Assembly: GCA_000025185.1 (NCBI GenBank)
Contig: CP001848.1
Span: 3,180,001-3,212,000, forward strand
DNA: 32,000 bases
Direction: 5' to 3'
From: Pirellula staleyi DSM 6068
GTDB taxonomy: Bacteria; Planctomycetota; Planctomycetia; Pirellulales; Pirellulaceae
Below, piece by piece: positions 16,980 through 25,416 of this stretch. The first letter of the stretch is position 1. Every line of letters begins with the position of its first letter. The translations under genes and the position numbers were made by a program. A model generated the notes under the pieces. The model did not search any database and was not told where the DNA came from. It was given only the letters and a program-made list of their open reading frames with translations.

Positions 16980-17530
16980 TTCACAACGGGCGCGATTCTC
17001 ATCGCGATGCAGCTCCCGAGTCGATCTCCGAAGATCAGCTCCAGGTGGTCGCTGAATCGCCTGAAGCAAACAGACTCGAGCCGGAAGATAACGACGCTGG
17101 ATCGAGCACAAAACAGCCCGATCCGCTCTATCGCTGGGTCATCCTCGGGATGTCGACCGGCGTGATGCTGCTCTCGACCCTGATGTCGATTCGCGACGAG
17201 AAGCAGGTGGTGGTTCCGCTGCTAGGCAAGCCGCTCCCCGAACTCTGTCAGCTGCGGCGTTATACGGGGCTCGATTGTCCCGGCTGTGGTCTCACCCGTT
17301 CGTTCATTTCGATTGGGCATGCCCAGTTTGGACAAGCGTGGCGCTACAATCCGGCCGCATTTGTCCTGTTCCCTGTTATTGCGCTGCAGATTCCCTTTCA
17401 ACTTTTGCAGCTCGAGCGTATTCGCCGAGGACTCCCCGAGTTATCGGTGCAACGACTCAGCCAAGTGGTGCTGGGAATCGTCACCGTGACGCTGCTTTCG
17501 CAGTGGATTCTTCGTCAAATTGGTTTTTGA
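16976..17530 (+). CDS. DUF2752-family membrane protein
   Basis: 184 aa. CPGCGLTRSFISIGH...NPAAFVLFP is the DUF2752 signature, flanked by hydrophobic helices. The ATG overlaps the upstream stop codon (ATGA at 16976-16979). Confidence 0.75.
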   Translation: MIHNGRDSHRDAAPESISEDQLQVVAESPEANRLEPEDNDAGSSTKQPDPLYRWVILGMSTGVMLLSTLMSIRDEKQVVVPLLGKPLPELCQLRRYTGLDCPGCGLTRSFISIGHAQFGQAWRYNPAAFVLFPVIALQIPFQLLQLERIRRGLPELSVQRLSQVVLGIVTVTLLSQWILRQIGF

Positions 17531-17595
17531 TTTCCGTGGCGACATCGATGTTGCCGTCGAGGCTCTAGTGTTTCCACTATCAAGGATTTGACGAA

Positions 17596-18396
17596 ATGAA
17601 AACCGCAACAATCGACACACGGACAATGGCTTATCACGAGGCGGGGCAGGGCCCAGCGCTGCTGCTTGTGCACGGCTTTCCGCTCGATCATTCGATGTGG
17701 AATGAGCAAATTGCCTCGCTCTCGAATCAGTATCGCGTGATTGCTCCCGACCTACGTGGATTTGGCAAATCCGACGGAGCAGGTGAAGTGACCACGATGG
17801 CTGATTTTGCCGACGACGTGGCCAAACTCGTCGACCACTTGGGAATTGAAGAGCCGATCCATTTCTGTGGGCTCTCGATGGGGGGCTATGTCGCGTGGCA
17901 ATTTTTTCTGCGACATCGGGCCAAGCTGGCGTCGCTGATGGTGTGCGACTCGCGAGCCGCAGCTGACTCACCGGAAGCTGCAGAAGGGCGCCGCAAAACG
18001 GCTTCCAAAGTTTTGGCAGAAGGTTCCGCTGTCGTCGCCGACGCCATGCTCCCCAAGTTGTTCGGAGAGTGGGTTCGCTCGGCCATGCCAGAAGTTGTCG
18101 AAGCGACCGATCGCGTGATGCGTCGCACCAGTCCTGTGGCTGTCGCAGCTGCACTAGGCGGAATGGCAGCACGGATCGACTTTACCCCCCATCTTGCCAA
18201 GGTCGATCTGCCGACGCTGATTGTGTGCGGCGAGCACGATGTCATCTCGCCACTTGCGGAAATGAAGACCATCGCCGACGCGATTCCGGGTGCCAAGTTC
18301 TGTGCTGTCGAGGGTGCCGGGCACATGTCGCCACTGGAGAAGCCGCAAATTGTCAGCGGCGCGATTCGTGAGTTTTTGACGAGCGCGATGGCGTAG
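17596..18396 (+). CDS. Alpha/beta-fold hydrolase (enol-lactonase/esterase-like)
   Basis: 266 aa. HGFPLDHSMW, nucleophile elbow GLSMGG, C-terminal GAGHMSPLEKP (catalytic His region). AAGGA lies upstream of the ATG. Confidence 0.85.
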   Translation: MKTATIDTRTMAYHEAGQGPALLLVHGFPLDHSMWNEQIASLSNQYRVIAPDLRGFGKSDGAGEVTTMADFADDVAKLVDHLGIEEPIHFCGLSMGGYVAWQFFLRHRAKLASLMVCDSRAAADSPEAAEGRRKTASKVLAEGSAVVADAMLPKLFGEWVRSAMPEVVEATDRVMRRTSPVAVAAALGGMAARIDFTPHLAKVDLPTLIVCGEHDVISPLAEMKTIADAIPGAKFCAVEGAGHMSPLEKPQIVSGAIREFLTSAMA

Positions 18397-18443
18397 GAGT
18401 GTACCCCTGTTCGCGAAAGACGTGACAGGCAGCGTCGGGCGAG

Positions 18444-18983
18444 CTACGGAAGTTCGAATACGCTGGTGATTTTCACCACGGCGCTGTCGTCGGGAAACGT
18501 GTGAAACGCTTTCACGACCAAGCTCCGGTTGCGAGCTTCGGGGTGGATATAGCTCACAGCACCGAGTGCCATGCGACCACTCGAATCGAACGTTTGCAGT
18601 ACACCGGTGGGGTCGTTTTCGCGTGTCAGTTCTTCTTGAAACGACCAAAAGACTTCGGGCGCGACGGTCTCGAGCTCGAAGTTCATGTGATACATCACCC
18701 CTCCACGGCACTCGACTCGATCGTTGCGCGATCCTTTGAGTCGGTACGACAGCAAACGACGCTTTTCGGGAAGCGGATGCTGGGCGGAGCAGGCGACTTC
18801 AGTGAGTGTGAGACCACGGTAGCGCCAGGTGATCACATGACCTGCCGAAGTGATGTCGATGGTGGCTTGATAGTCCCCACGTGATATCACTTGCGACTTG
18901 TGAACCGCGAAGAGTTCGGGATGCAGTGCTCGCCCGAAAAGCTGAAACGAAAGCTCGGCAACTTTGGGGCGAACAGTCAACAT
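18444..18983 (-). CDS. Conserved-looking hypothetical cytoplasmic protein (possibly DUF2617-like; family name uncertain)
   Basis: 179 aa from ATG 18983 (MLTVRPKVAELSFQLFGRALHPELF...). Composition is coding-like and there is no signal peptide or TM segment. I recognise no catalytic motif, and the DUF2617 attribution is only a weak recollection. The ORF is open to 19142. Confidence 0.55.
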   Translation of the reverse strand: MLTVRPKVAELSFQLFGRALHPELFAVHKSQVISRGDYQATIDITSAGHVITWRYRGLTLTEVACSAQHPLPEKRRLLSYRLKGSRNDRVECRGGVMYHMNFELETVAPEVFWSFQEELTRENDPTGVLQTFDSSGRMALGAVSYIHPEARNRSLVVKAFHTFPDDSAVVKITSVFELP

Positions 18984-19181
18984 GGCGACGGCAATTCCTT
19001 CGAAACACTGGGGACCAATCGCTGCTCGGGGCAACGTGTTTGACCCTCGCGATGGGTGCATTATACGCTTCGTGACGCGGGTCCACAAAGGCAGTTTAAT
19101 CCTTGAAAAGAACCGTGAAAAACGGCTCTTGACACGGCGCAAAATCGCGAGTCAGTCGCCCCCGAAGTGATCGAAGAACTG

Positions 19182-19973
19182 CTAGTCTTGCACGAAGGCC
19201 ACGAGGACGTCGTAGATGGCATGAGCGCCAGCAGCGATGCCAAAACCACGGTATGCAAACAAGACTGCGAAGTACGCGCCGGCGAGTGCTCGAAACACAA
19301 AACTGCTCCAGGCAAAGCGATCGCCAATCGTGGTTGCAAAGCGATACCCCAGGATTTCAAAATCGAATTGATAGTGGGCTGCTGCAAACAAAAGACTCGA
19401 GGCGATCACAGCTACCATCGTGGCAGCTGTGGGTTTGAGTCGCACGGCGAGCAGCACCCCATAGCAGATCGAAAACAGCAGCAGCCGAAACATTAGCTCT
19501 TCGTAGAGTCCCGCGCCGAGATAGCCGATCATCCTGGCCAACACCTCGGACATCGAGCCTGCAGTCGATGGAACGTAGAGCGACGGGAGCTGGGCAAAGT
19601 AGCTGCCGACAACAAACGCGATCGCCAGGAGCAGCGAACCGAGCGCCAACGACTCGAGCCACATCCAGCGGATGATCCGCATTTCGATCTTCCATGGATC
19701 GCGGCGCGTGTGATGCCATCCGAGCAAAATGGCCACGACCAGGATGGGGAGCAGAAAATACTGTCCAAAGCCGGCATAGGTGAGGGACTTGCGGAGCCAG
19801 ACGTCGGCACCATTACGGACGGCCCCACTTCCGAGCGCAACGACCCCAATCTCGTAGGCCAAGATCATCGGCAGTACGAAAATGAGCGCGGTGAGCGGAC
19901 GCTGCGACGCCTGCAAGTAGGCCTTAGCGCGCGAGTTCACCACGGAGTTAGGTGCCGCCGATTCGCCGGGCAA
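19182..19973 (-). CDS. CPBP-family intramembrane glutamic endopeptidase (CAAX protease/Abi-like)
   Basis: 263 aa, polytopic. Three CPBP motifs: EELMFR (EExxxR), FAAAH (FxxxH) and HAIYD (HxxxD/N). TTG start with GAAGGA 8 nt upstream. Confidence 0.85.
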   Translation of the reverse strand: MPGESAAPNSVVNSRAKAYLQASQRPLTALIFVLPMILAYEIGVVALGSGAVRNGADVWLRKSLTYAGFGQYFLLPILVVAILLGWHHTRRDPWKIEMRIIRWMWLESLALGSLLLAIAFVVGSYFAQLPSLYVPSTAGSMSEVLARMIGYLGAGLYEELMFRLLLFSICYGVLLAVRLKPTAATMVAVIASSLLFAAAHYQFDFEILGYRFATTIGDRFAWSSFVFRALAGAYFAVLFAYRGFGIAAGAHAIYDVLVAFVQD

Positions 19974-20002
19974 CGGAAGGTCCTTCAGGTCGTCAAGAAA
20001 TG

Positions 20003-20044
20003 AAAAAGCCGCGAAGCTACCGACATTATCGGCAACTTCGCGGC
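20003..20044 (-). terminator. Rho-independent terminator after the Hint-domain gene
   Basis: 9-bp stem GCCGCGAAG/CTTCGCGGC (20008-20016 / 20036-20044) with additional inner pairing. On the minus strand it is followed by T5 (complement of A 20003-20007). A second short hairpin (AGCGAGG/CCTCGCT, 20061-20082) lies just upstream. Confidence 0.7.
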
Positions 20045-20087
20045 CAAATTTCTCAAGTCGAAGCGAGGCTACCCTCGCTTTTCGCTC

Positions 20088-22028
20088 CTAAGGGCGTGGT
20101 AGCCCCGGTACAAGCGTGCTCACCGGTTCTCGCATCGTCAGGTCGTGCGAAAGCAGCCGGTTTGAGCCGACAAAATAGCTGTGGAAGTCAGCGACCACCA
20201 GATTGTAGGTTTCGGCGACTCCTTCTTCGTCCACACTACTGACGCGCACACTGCCGTTTAAGCTGTGCAGCACCATGCCACTCTGTAAGTCGCTCGCTTT
20301 TTTCCACCCTTCACCGGCGACCCAGAAGACATGGCCGCCGCTGCAGGAAATGGTTTCGCCCCCGCAATCGATTTTGATGAGCTTCCCCGCTGGCCGTGTA
20401 CTCTTGCTCGTCGCAGGTCGCAGGGCGAGTTCGCCCGTTTTTGTATCCTGGGTGTAGATCAGGTCACCGACTTGGATCTTCTCGACCGCGACAGGACCAC
20501 GTGCTGTCCAAACCGGAGTTCCAGCGACAAGGCAATCCTTCGGTCGTCTCTGCTGATCCCAGTTAAAACCGCCGGTCAGAGGCTGGGAGGAGACTTGGGT
20601 GCTGCGCGGTGAATCGAAGCCCGGCTGAATTTGCCGGTCGATAATTTCGACTTGCCGGAACTCTTGCGAAATGGTGGTGGCTTTCGTTCCGACCGTTTGA
20701 AACTCGTTGTACTTCGTCCACCAATCCCACCAGGCTGAAGGTTCGGCTGCGATTTTGTCTTCGCTTGTTGCGATCGAGAGGACCCAGCAAATGCGATCGT
20801 TGATCTGCTGCGTGATGCGGTTTTCTGCTTCCGCTGCACTCAGGTTCTCGCCAATCTCAGCGGCGATTTCGGCTTGTGCTCGTTCTGTCGCGTTTTGCTG
20901 GATAGCGTTTCGCTCGGCACTTGAGTAGCGACGTCCACGATTGCCACTGTTTTGCTCGCGTACGAACTCGGCCTGGGCCACGGCAATTTCCCGGCGATCT
21001 TGGGTTTCTCGGACAAAGACTTGCTGGGTCCCGATCCGTCCCCCTTCGAGTTGCACCACAGCCCACTCGGCTCGAATGGGAGTGACCATCGAAGCGAGCA
21101 GCAGCGGAACGTAGGAATGCAGGTCGCGATCTTGCAGCAGCTTGGCCGCTTCTTCGCGAATGAACAGGCTGTCGTGCATCACAGCGTGCCGAGCCAGAGA
21201 TCGCGAGGCCTCTGTTTCAGGAATGGTTGCGAGCCACTCGATGGCGAGCATGCAAGGGACCTGGCCACTCGTGGAAACGATCGCTTCCACGGCAAACACA
21301 GCTTCGACATCACGCAGGGCCAGCAGTTCCTTCTTGGCCGCTTCACGCTGAATCTGGCTCCCCTTCACCAACTTTTCGACGATCTTTTGGAGCTGAACGC
21401 GGTACTTTTTGACGGAAGCAGCGCGGCGTGATTGTTCGATAGCACCGGCGGCTAGTTCAGCCTCGGTGGTCCAGCGCCCCTCGATGTTTTGAAAGCCGAG
21501 CATCCGCCGGGCAACAGCGTGGTCGGGATCGAGTTCGATCACCCGCTCGAGGTGCCCTCGGGCTTGCAAATGGAGTTTTTCAGCGAGGCACCACTCGGCC
21601 AGCTGAAGCTGTTCATTAGGGGTGTCGAGAAATTCACTCCGTTTGCGTTCGTACTTGGCGAGGCGTTTTTGCCAGAGTGGATCGACGAGCATGTCGTCGA
21701 CCGACTGCCACTCGCTCCGTTCGTTTCGCATCATCCCTTGCATCCAGCGGGGGGCCGGCAACTCGGGAGCGAGTCGGGCAGCCTCTTGCAGCAGTTCGCT
21801 CCGTTCGTCCGACAGGCCGTAGATTTCGCGCTGGAGCGCTTCGGCAACGTTTTCTTTCGCTTGGGTGAGCGCCGCAGCGCCACGCAGTTTTTCGACACGC
21901 GTCGCTTGCTGAGACCTTCCGACGGGAGAAGCTGCCGACGCCAATCGAGCTGCGATGAAATCGCCGAGCAAGATTGCCATCCCCAGCAGCAGAACAACGC
22001 GCAGAACCAACCCCCAAGAACGCAGCAT
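20088..22028 (-). CDS. Secreted/anchored TPR-HEAT-like protein with C-terminal Hint (bacterial intein-like) autoprocessing domain
   Basis: 646 aa from ATG 22028 (MLRSWGLVLRVVLLLGMAILLG...ASA, with AGAGGGG upstream). The ORF is open to 22094. The N-terminal about 500 aa are helical-repeat-like. The last 148 aa carry Hint blocks (see the separate domain feature). Confidence 0.85.
   Translation of the reverse strand: MLRSWGLVLRVVLLLGMAILLGDFIAARLASAASPVGRSQQATRVEKLRGAAALTQAKENVAEALQREIYGLSDERSELLQEAARLAPELPAPRWMQGMMRNERSEWQSVDDMLVDPLWQKRLAKYERKRSEFLDTPNEQLQLAEWCLAEKLHLQARGHLERVIELDPDHAVARRMLGFQNIEGRWTTEAELAAGAIEQSRRAASVKKYRVQLQKIVEKLVKGSQIQREAAKKELLALRDVEAVFAVEAIVSTSGQVPCMLAIEWLATIPETEASRSLARHAVMHDSLFIREEAAKLLQDRDLHSYVPLLLASMVTPIRAEWAVVQLEGGRIGTQQVFVRETQDRREIAVAQAEFVREQNSGNRGRRYSSAERNAIQQNATERAQAEIAAEIGENLSAAEAENRITQQINDRICWVLSIATSEDKIAAEPSAWWDWWTKYNEFQTVGTKATTISQEFRQVEIIDRQIQPGFDSPRSTQVSSQPLTGGFNWDQQRRPKDCLVAGTPVWTARGPVAVEKIQVGDLIYTQDTKTGELALRPATSKSTRPAGKLIKIDCGGETISCSGGHVFWVAGEGWKKASDLQSGMVLHSLNGSVRVSSVDEEGVAETYNLVVADFHSYFVGSNRLLSHDLTMREPVSTLVPGLPRP
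20142..20534 (-). other. Hint / bacterial intein-like (BIL) domain within the 20088-22028 CDS
   Basis: Starts at Cys (codon 20532-20534) in CLVAGTPVWT. SGGHVFWV is the block B (T/S)xxH. YNLVVADFHSYFVGSNRLLSHD are the terminal blocks, ending His-Asp (Asp codon 20142-20144) instead of His-Asn. The next residue is Leu, and only 17 residues follow. Confidence 0.8.
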
Positions 22029-22379
22029 GGCAAGCCCCTCTAGATACGAGGAAAGGAAGAGTAGAGTTGCTAGTGCTTGCCCCACACTCTGCAACGACCG
22101 GAATGCTACTTCTTTCTGGGAGTGCCGATCAAGATAAAAACGAAGAAACTTTTCCGAATGGATGAGTGAAAGGTGCAGCAGTGAATTGCTTCCTGGGAAC
22201 TGTGTTTTTCCTGGGTTTTAGTTAGGTGGCCTACTGGTCTCTGGGGTGGAGGGCCACCGGTACCGCAGCCTGTTCGTTGTTGCACGTGCTCTACTGGGGA
22301 ACTTACAATCCTGTGATATCTGTTGGTCTCCTCACCGCCAACTTCCCGCCTGTCACTCTGATTTGAGGAGTTGCTTTTG

Positions 22380-23048
22380 ATGTTTCGCTGCCATGCGATT
22401 GTCCGCTCGGTTGTTTTTGCTTTCGGTCTGGCGCTCGCTACTTTCGGCGTTGCTGCCGAGGGTGAGAAAGACGAAGGTTTCGTTCCTCTGTTCGACGGCA
22501 AAACCCTTGCTGGCTGGACCGGCTCGGTCGACGGCTATGTCGTGGAAGATGGTGCTATCGTTTGCTTGCCCGACAAAGGTGGCAATCTCTACACCGACAA
22601 AGAATATGCCAACTTTGTGTTCCGCTTTGAGTTCAAGCTCACCGCCGGCGCGAACAACGGCATTGGCATTCGCACCGCTCCCAAGGGTGATCCGGCTTAT
22701 GTCGGGATGGAAATCCAAGTCCTCGACGACAGCTCGGATAAGTACAAGGGAATTGCTCCCTATCAGCATCACGGTTCGGTCTACGGTGTCGTTCCCGCCA
22801 AGACAGGTTTCCTGAAGCCTGTGGGTGAATGGAACACGGAAGAGATCACCTGCGATGGCCGGAACATCAAGATTGTGCTCAACGGCGAAACGATTGTCGA
22901 AGCCAATCTGGATGAGGCGAGCACCCCAAAGACGATCGATGGGAACGCTCACCCCGGTCTGAAGAACGAAAAAGGCTACATCTGCTTCTGCGGCCACGGC
23001 GCGAAGGTTGCGTTTCGTAACCTGAGCATCAAGGTGCTCGAGAAGTAA
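22380..23048 (+). CDS. Secreted DUF1080 (3-keto-disaccharide hydrolase / concanavalin-like) domain protein
   Basis: Signal peptide, then EGFVPLFDGKTLAGWTG...VVEDGAIVC...GNLYTDKEYANFVFRFEFKL..GANNGIGIR...EIQVLDD...WNTEEITCDGRNIKIVLNGETIV...FRNLSIKVL, the classic DUF1080 pattern. ATG 22380 lies 9 nt after GAGGAG. The ORF is open from TTG 22371. Confidence 0.88.
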   Translation: MFRCHAIVRSVVFAFGLALATFGVAAEGEKDEGFVPLFDGKTLAGWTGSVDGYVVEDGAIVCLPDKGGNLYTDKEYANFVFRFEFKLTAGANNGIGIRTAPKGDPAYVGMEIQVLDDSSDKYKGIAPYQHHGSVYGVVPAKTGFLKPVGEWNTEEITCDGRNIKIVLNGETIVEANLDEASTPKTIDGNAHPGLKNEKGYICFCGHGAKVAFRNLSIKVLEK

Positions 23049-23107
23049 GATGCGCCAGAGATACGAGTAGTTACGTAAGTTAATACGTGTCTGCTGATCG
23101 GATACCC

Positions 23108-23153
23108 GAAGGGATGGAGATGGCACAGAGCCGTTTCCCTCCCTTCTTTTTTT
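23108..23153 (+). terminator. Rho-independent terminator after the DUF1080 gene
   Basis: Stem GAAGGGATGGAG / TTCCCTCCCTTC (7 bp, one mismatch, 3-4 further pairs), followed by T7 at 23147-23153. Confidence 0.8.
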
Positions 23154-23427
23154 GCTAGCGATGCAACGCTGCGATGGCACGCTTCAGCCTCGCGCAACGG
23201 CAAACTGTACACCACCAATTCTTTTGCCTGATATTGTGAAGAACCGCTGGCCGATAAGTGCAAAGCGAGAACTTGTCTCCTCGCAGATAGTGGGGACATG
23301 CTAGCAAACGTTTCGGAGCCTCTTTTTTGCGAGGCTGTCACTGGGAATGTTGGCTCGGCAGGTTCCTTAGGAGGCTGTTAAACCGTTCTCTCCAAACAGG
23401 GCAATGGATTGCCCGGTAGGTACAAGG

Positions 23428-25344
23428 ATGTTGCTAAAAAAACTCTTTATCGCGCGGACCCTCGTGGTTCATGCGCTCCTCGCGCTTGTTACAGCCACCG
23501 CCTGGGCCGACCCAGCCGATGACGCGTTCGCTAGTGCTTATAAACAATACACCGCAGGTGAGTGGGCTACTGCTGCGCAGTCACTCGTGCAGTTCTCGGG
23601 CGATTTTCAGTCGCACCCTCGTGCCAATGAAGCCCTGTTCTACGCTGCCGAAGCGCTCGTCCAGGACAATAAGCTGGCCGAAGCGACAGTAATGCTCGAG
23701 GATCTCGTTAGCAAAGAGATCGATCCCGAACTTCGTCGGCAGTCCGATTTCCGACTCGCCGAAATCTCCTACCTCGATGGCAACGACGCCGACGCTCGCA
23801 AGCGTTTGATCGCGTTCCGTCAGGCGTATCCCAACGACTCGCTCAACGCCATGGTGCTGATGTACCTCGGCGAGATTGATCTCGCTTCCGAACAAATCGA
23901 CTCGGCGATTTCGCTCTTCTCGGAGTCGCTCGAAAACTATCCGAAGTCGACTTGCCGCCAGCAAGTACAGCTCGGTTTGGCCTGCGCTTGGCTCCGTCAA
24001 AAGCAAGTGAAGCCAGCGGTCGATGTGCTCGAGCAACTCGTCAAGAGCAGCGATGCCACGGTGGTGCGCAGCGCCAAAGACCTGCTCGAAATTGCCGCTG
24101 AAAATGAAAACGTAGCCGGTGGCACGGCGCTTCCACCAGCAGAGGCAGCGCTAGCTCGTGCTCGCCAGTTGCAGCAAGCACGGCAACTCGATGCGGCGAT
24201 CGCTCAGTTCACCGCCATCTATCGTCAGTATCCCAATAGCCCTCAGGCACCTTTGGCCAAACTCGGTGCAGCTCGCGTCCATCTCGAACAGAAGCAGTAC
24301 CGCGAAGCAGAATCGCTCCTCGCTTCGATCGACGAAAACGGCGCGAACGTCACGAACCTCGATGCCGTGCTGTACGAACGCGGCTGGGCTTTGGCGATGA
24401 TGGAAGTCCTCACGAAATCGGACGAGCTTTTTCAGCGTCTGCACAAAGAGTTTCCACACAGCATCTACTGGGCCGACGCCACCTATCGTTTGGCCGAACG
24501 CTCGGCGCGTCGTGGCGATTCGAAAGCCGCAATGACGCTGGTCGGAGAAGTGCTCGATTCGAAATGCGACGACTCGCTTCGTGTGCATGCTCTGTATCTC
24601 AAGGGGCAACTCGCTGCCACCGATCAGGAGTGGGCTGTAGTTTCGAAAACCATGGACGAACTCCTTGCGAGCGACGCCAATTCGCAGCTGGCTCCAGCAG
24701 CTCGCTACTGGAAAGCGGAAGCGACGTTCCGCCAAAAAGATTTTGAGTCCGCTGCCGAGCAGTTCGAGATCCTGGCAGCCCAGACCAGCGGTCGCGCCGA
24801 AACCTGGCTCGCGATGGTCGAACTCCGTCGTGCTCAAATCCTGGCCCACAAAGAAGAGTGGCAACAGTCGCTCGACATGCTCACGAATCTTCGCAAGCGA
24901 TTTCCAGCTTTCGCGCAGAAGCATGAAGCCGACTACCTGGAAGGTCGTTGCCTCGCCGCACTAGCGCTGCTTGATGATGCCCGCGCTGCTTACATGCGAG
25001 TTCTCGCCAGCGCCAGTGGCCAAGATACCGAAACGGCTGCCATGGCCGCTTGGATGATTGGCGAAAGTTATTTCCATCAGAAACGCTATCCCGAAGCGAT
25101 TGAAGCTTACGAACAGTGTGCACGTGGACACAAATTTCCCACGTGGCAATCGGCTTCGCTGCTGCAAGCGGGCAAGTGCCTGCAGCTGCAGAACAAAAAG
25201 TCCGAGGCTGCAGAATACTATCGCCGCGTGGTAAACGAATTTGCCGAAACCACGTACGCTGCCGAAGCTCGCGAACGTCTCGCCACCACCGATATGCCAG
25301 CGGCCGAAACAGCCGAAGGAAAAGCGGTCAGCAGCCGCGAATAG
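23428..25344 (+). CDS. Secreted TPR-repeat protein (YbgF/CpoB-like repeats), first gene of the ExbB-ExbD cluster
   Basis: Signal peptide MLLKKLFIARTLVVHALLALVTATAWA. Many TPR-like helical pairs (ANEALFYAAEALVQDNKLAEA, YPNSPQAPLAKLGAARVHLEQKQYREA, ...AEYYRRVVNEFAETTYAAEARERL). An alternative ATG lies at 23404. Confidence 0.8.
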   Translation: MLLKKLFIARTLVVHALLALVTATAWADPADDAFASAYKQYTAGEWATAAQSLVQFSGDFQSHPRANEALFYAAEALVQDNKLAEATVMLEDLVSKEIDPELRRQSDFRLAEISYLDGNDADARKRLIAFRQAYPNDSLNAMVLMYLGEIDLASEQIDSAISLFSESLENYPKSTCRQQVQLGLACAWLRQKQVKPAVDVLEQLVKSSDATVVRSAKDLLEIAAENENVAGGTALPPAEAALARARQLQQARQLDAAIAQFTAIYRQYPNSPQAPLAKLGAARVHLEQKQYREAESLLASIDENGANVTNLDAVLYERGWALAMMEVLTKSDELFQRLHKEFPHSIYWADATYRLAERSARRGDSKAAMTLVGEVLDSKCDDSLRVHALYLKGQLAATDQEWAVVSKTMDELLASDANSQLAPAARYWKAEATFRQKDFESAAEQFEILAAQTSGRAETWLAMVELRRAQILAHKEEWQQSLDMLTNLRKRFPAFAQKHEADYLEGRCLAALALLDDARAAYMRVLASASGQDTETAAMAAWMIGESYFHQKRYPEAIEAYEQCARGHKFPTWQSASLLQAGKCLQLQNKKSEAAEYYRRVVNEFAETTYAAEARERLATTDMPAAETAEGKAVSSRE

Positions 25345-25416
25345 CATCCGCAAGATGCTCCGCGATTGCGACGTCACTTGTCCAGGTCGTCCGAAAGTTA
25401 CAGCGAGATTCGAGTC

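Noticed and set aside
22225-22258. A 7-bp inverted repeat, GGTGGCC...GGCCACC, plus repeated TYCTGGG motifs in the divergent spacer between the Hint and DUF1080 genes.
   Set aside because: The repeats are short, have a 20-nt loop, and are GC-rich, so they are expected fairly often by chance. No supporting context was found.
22976-23341. 121-aa minus-strand ORF downstream of the DUF1080 gene.
   Set aside because: It overlaps the DUF1080 gene's 3' end and its terminator hairpin, and it has no recognisable features.
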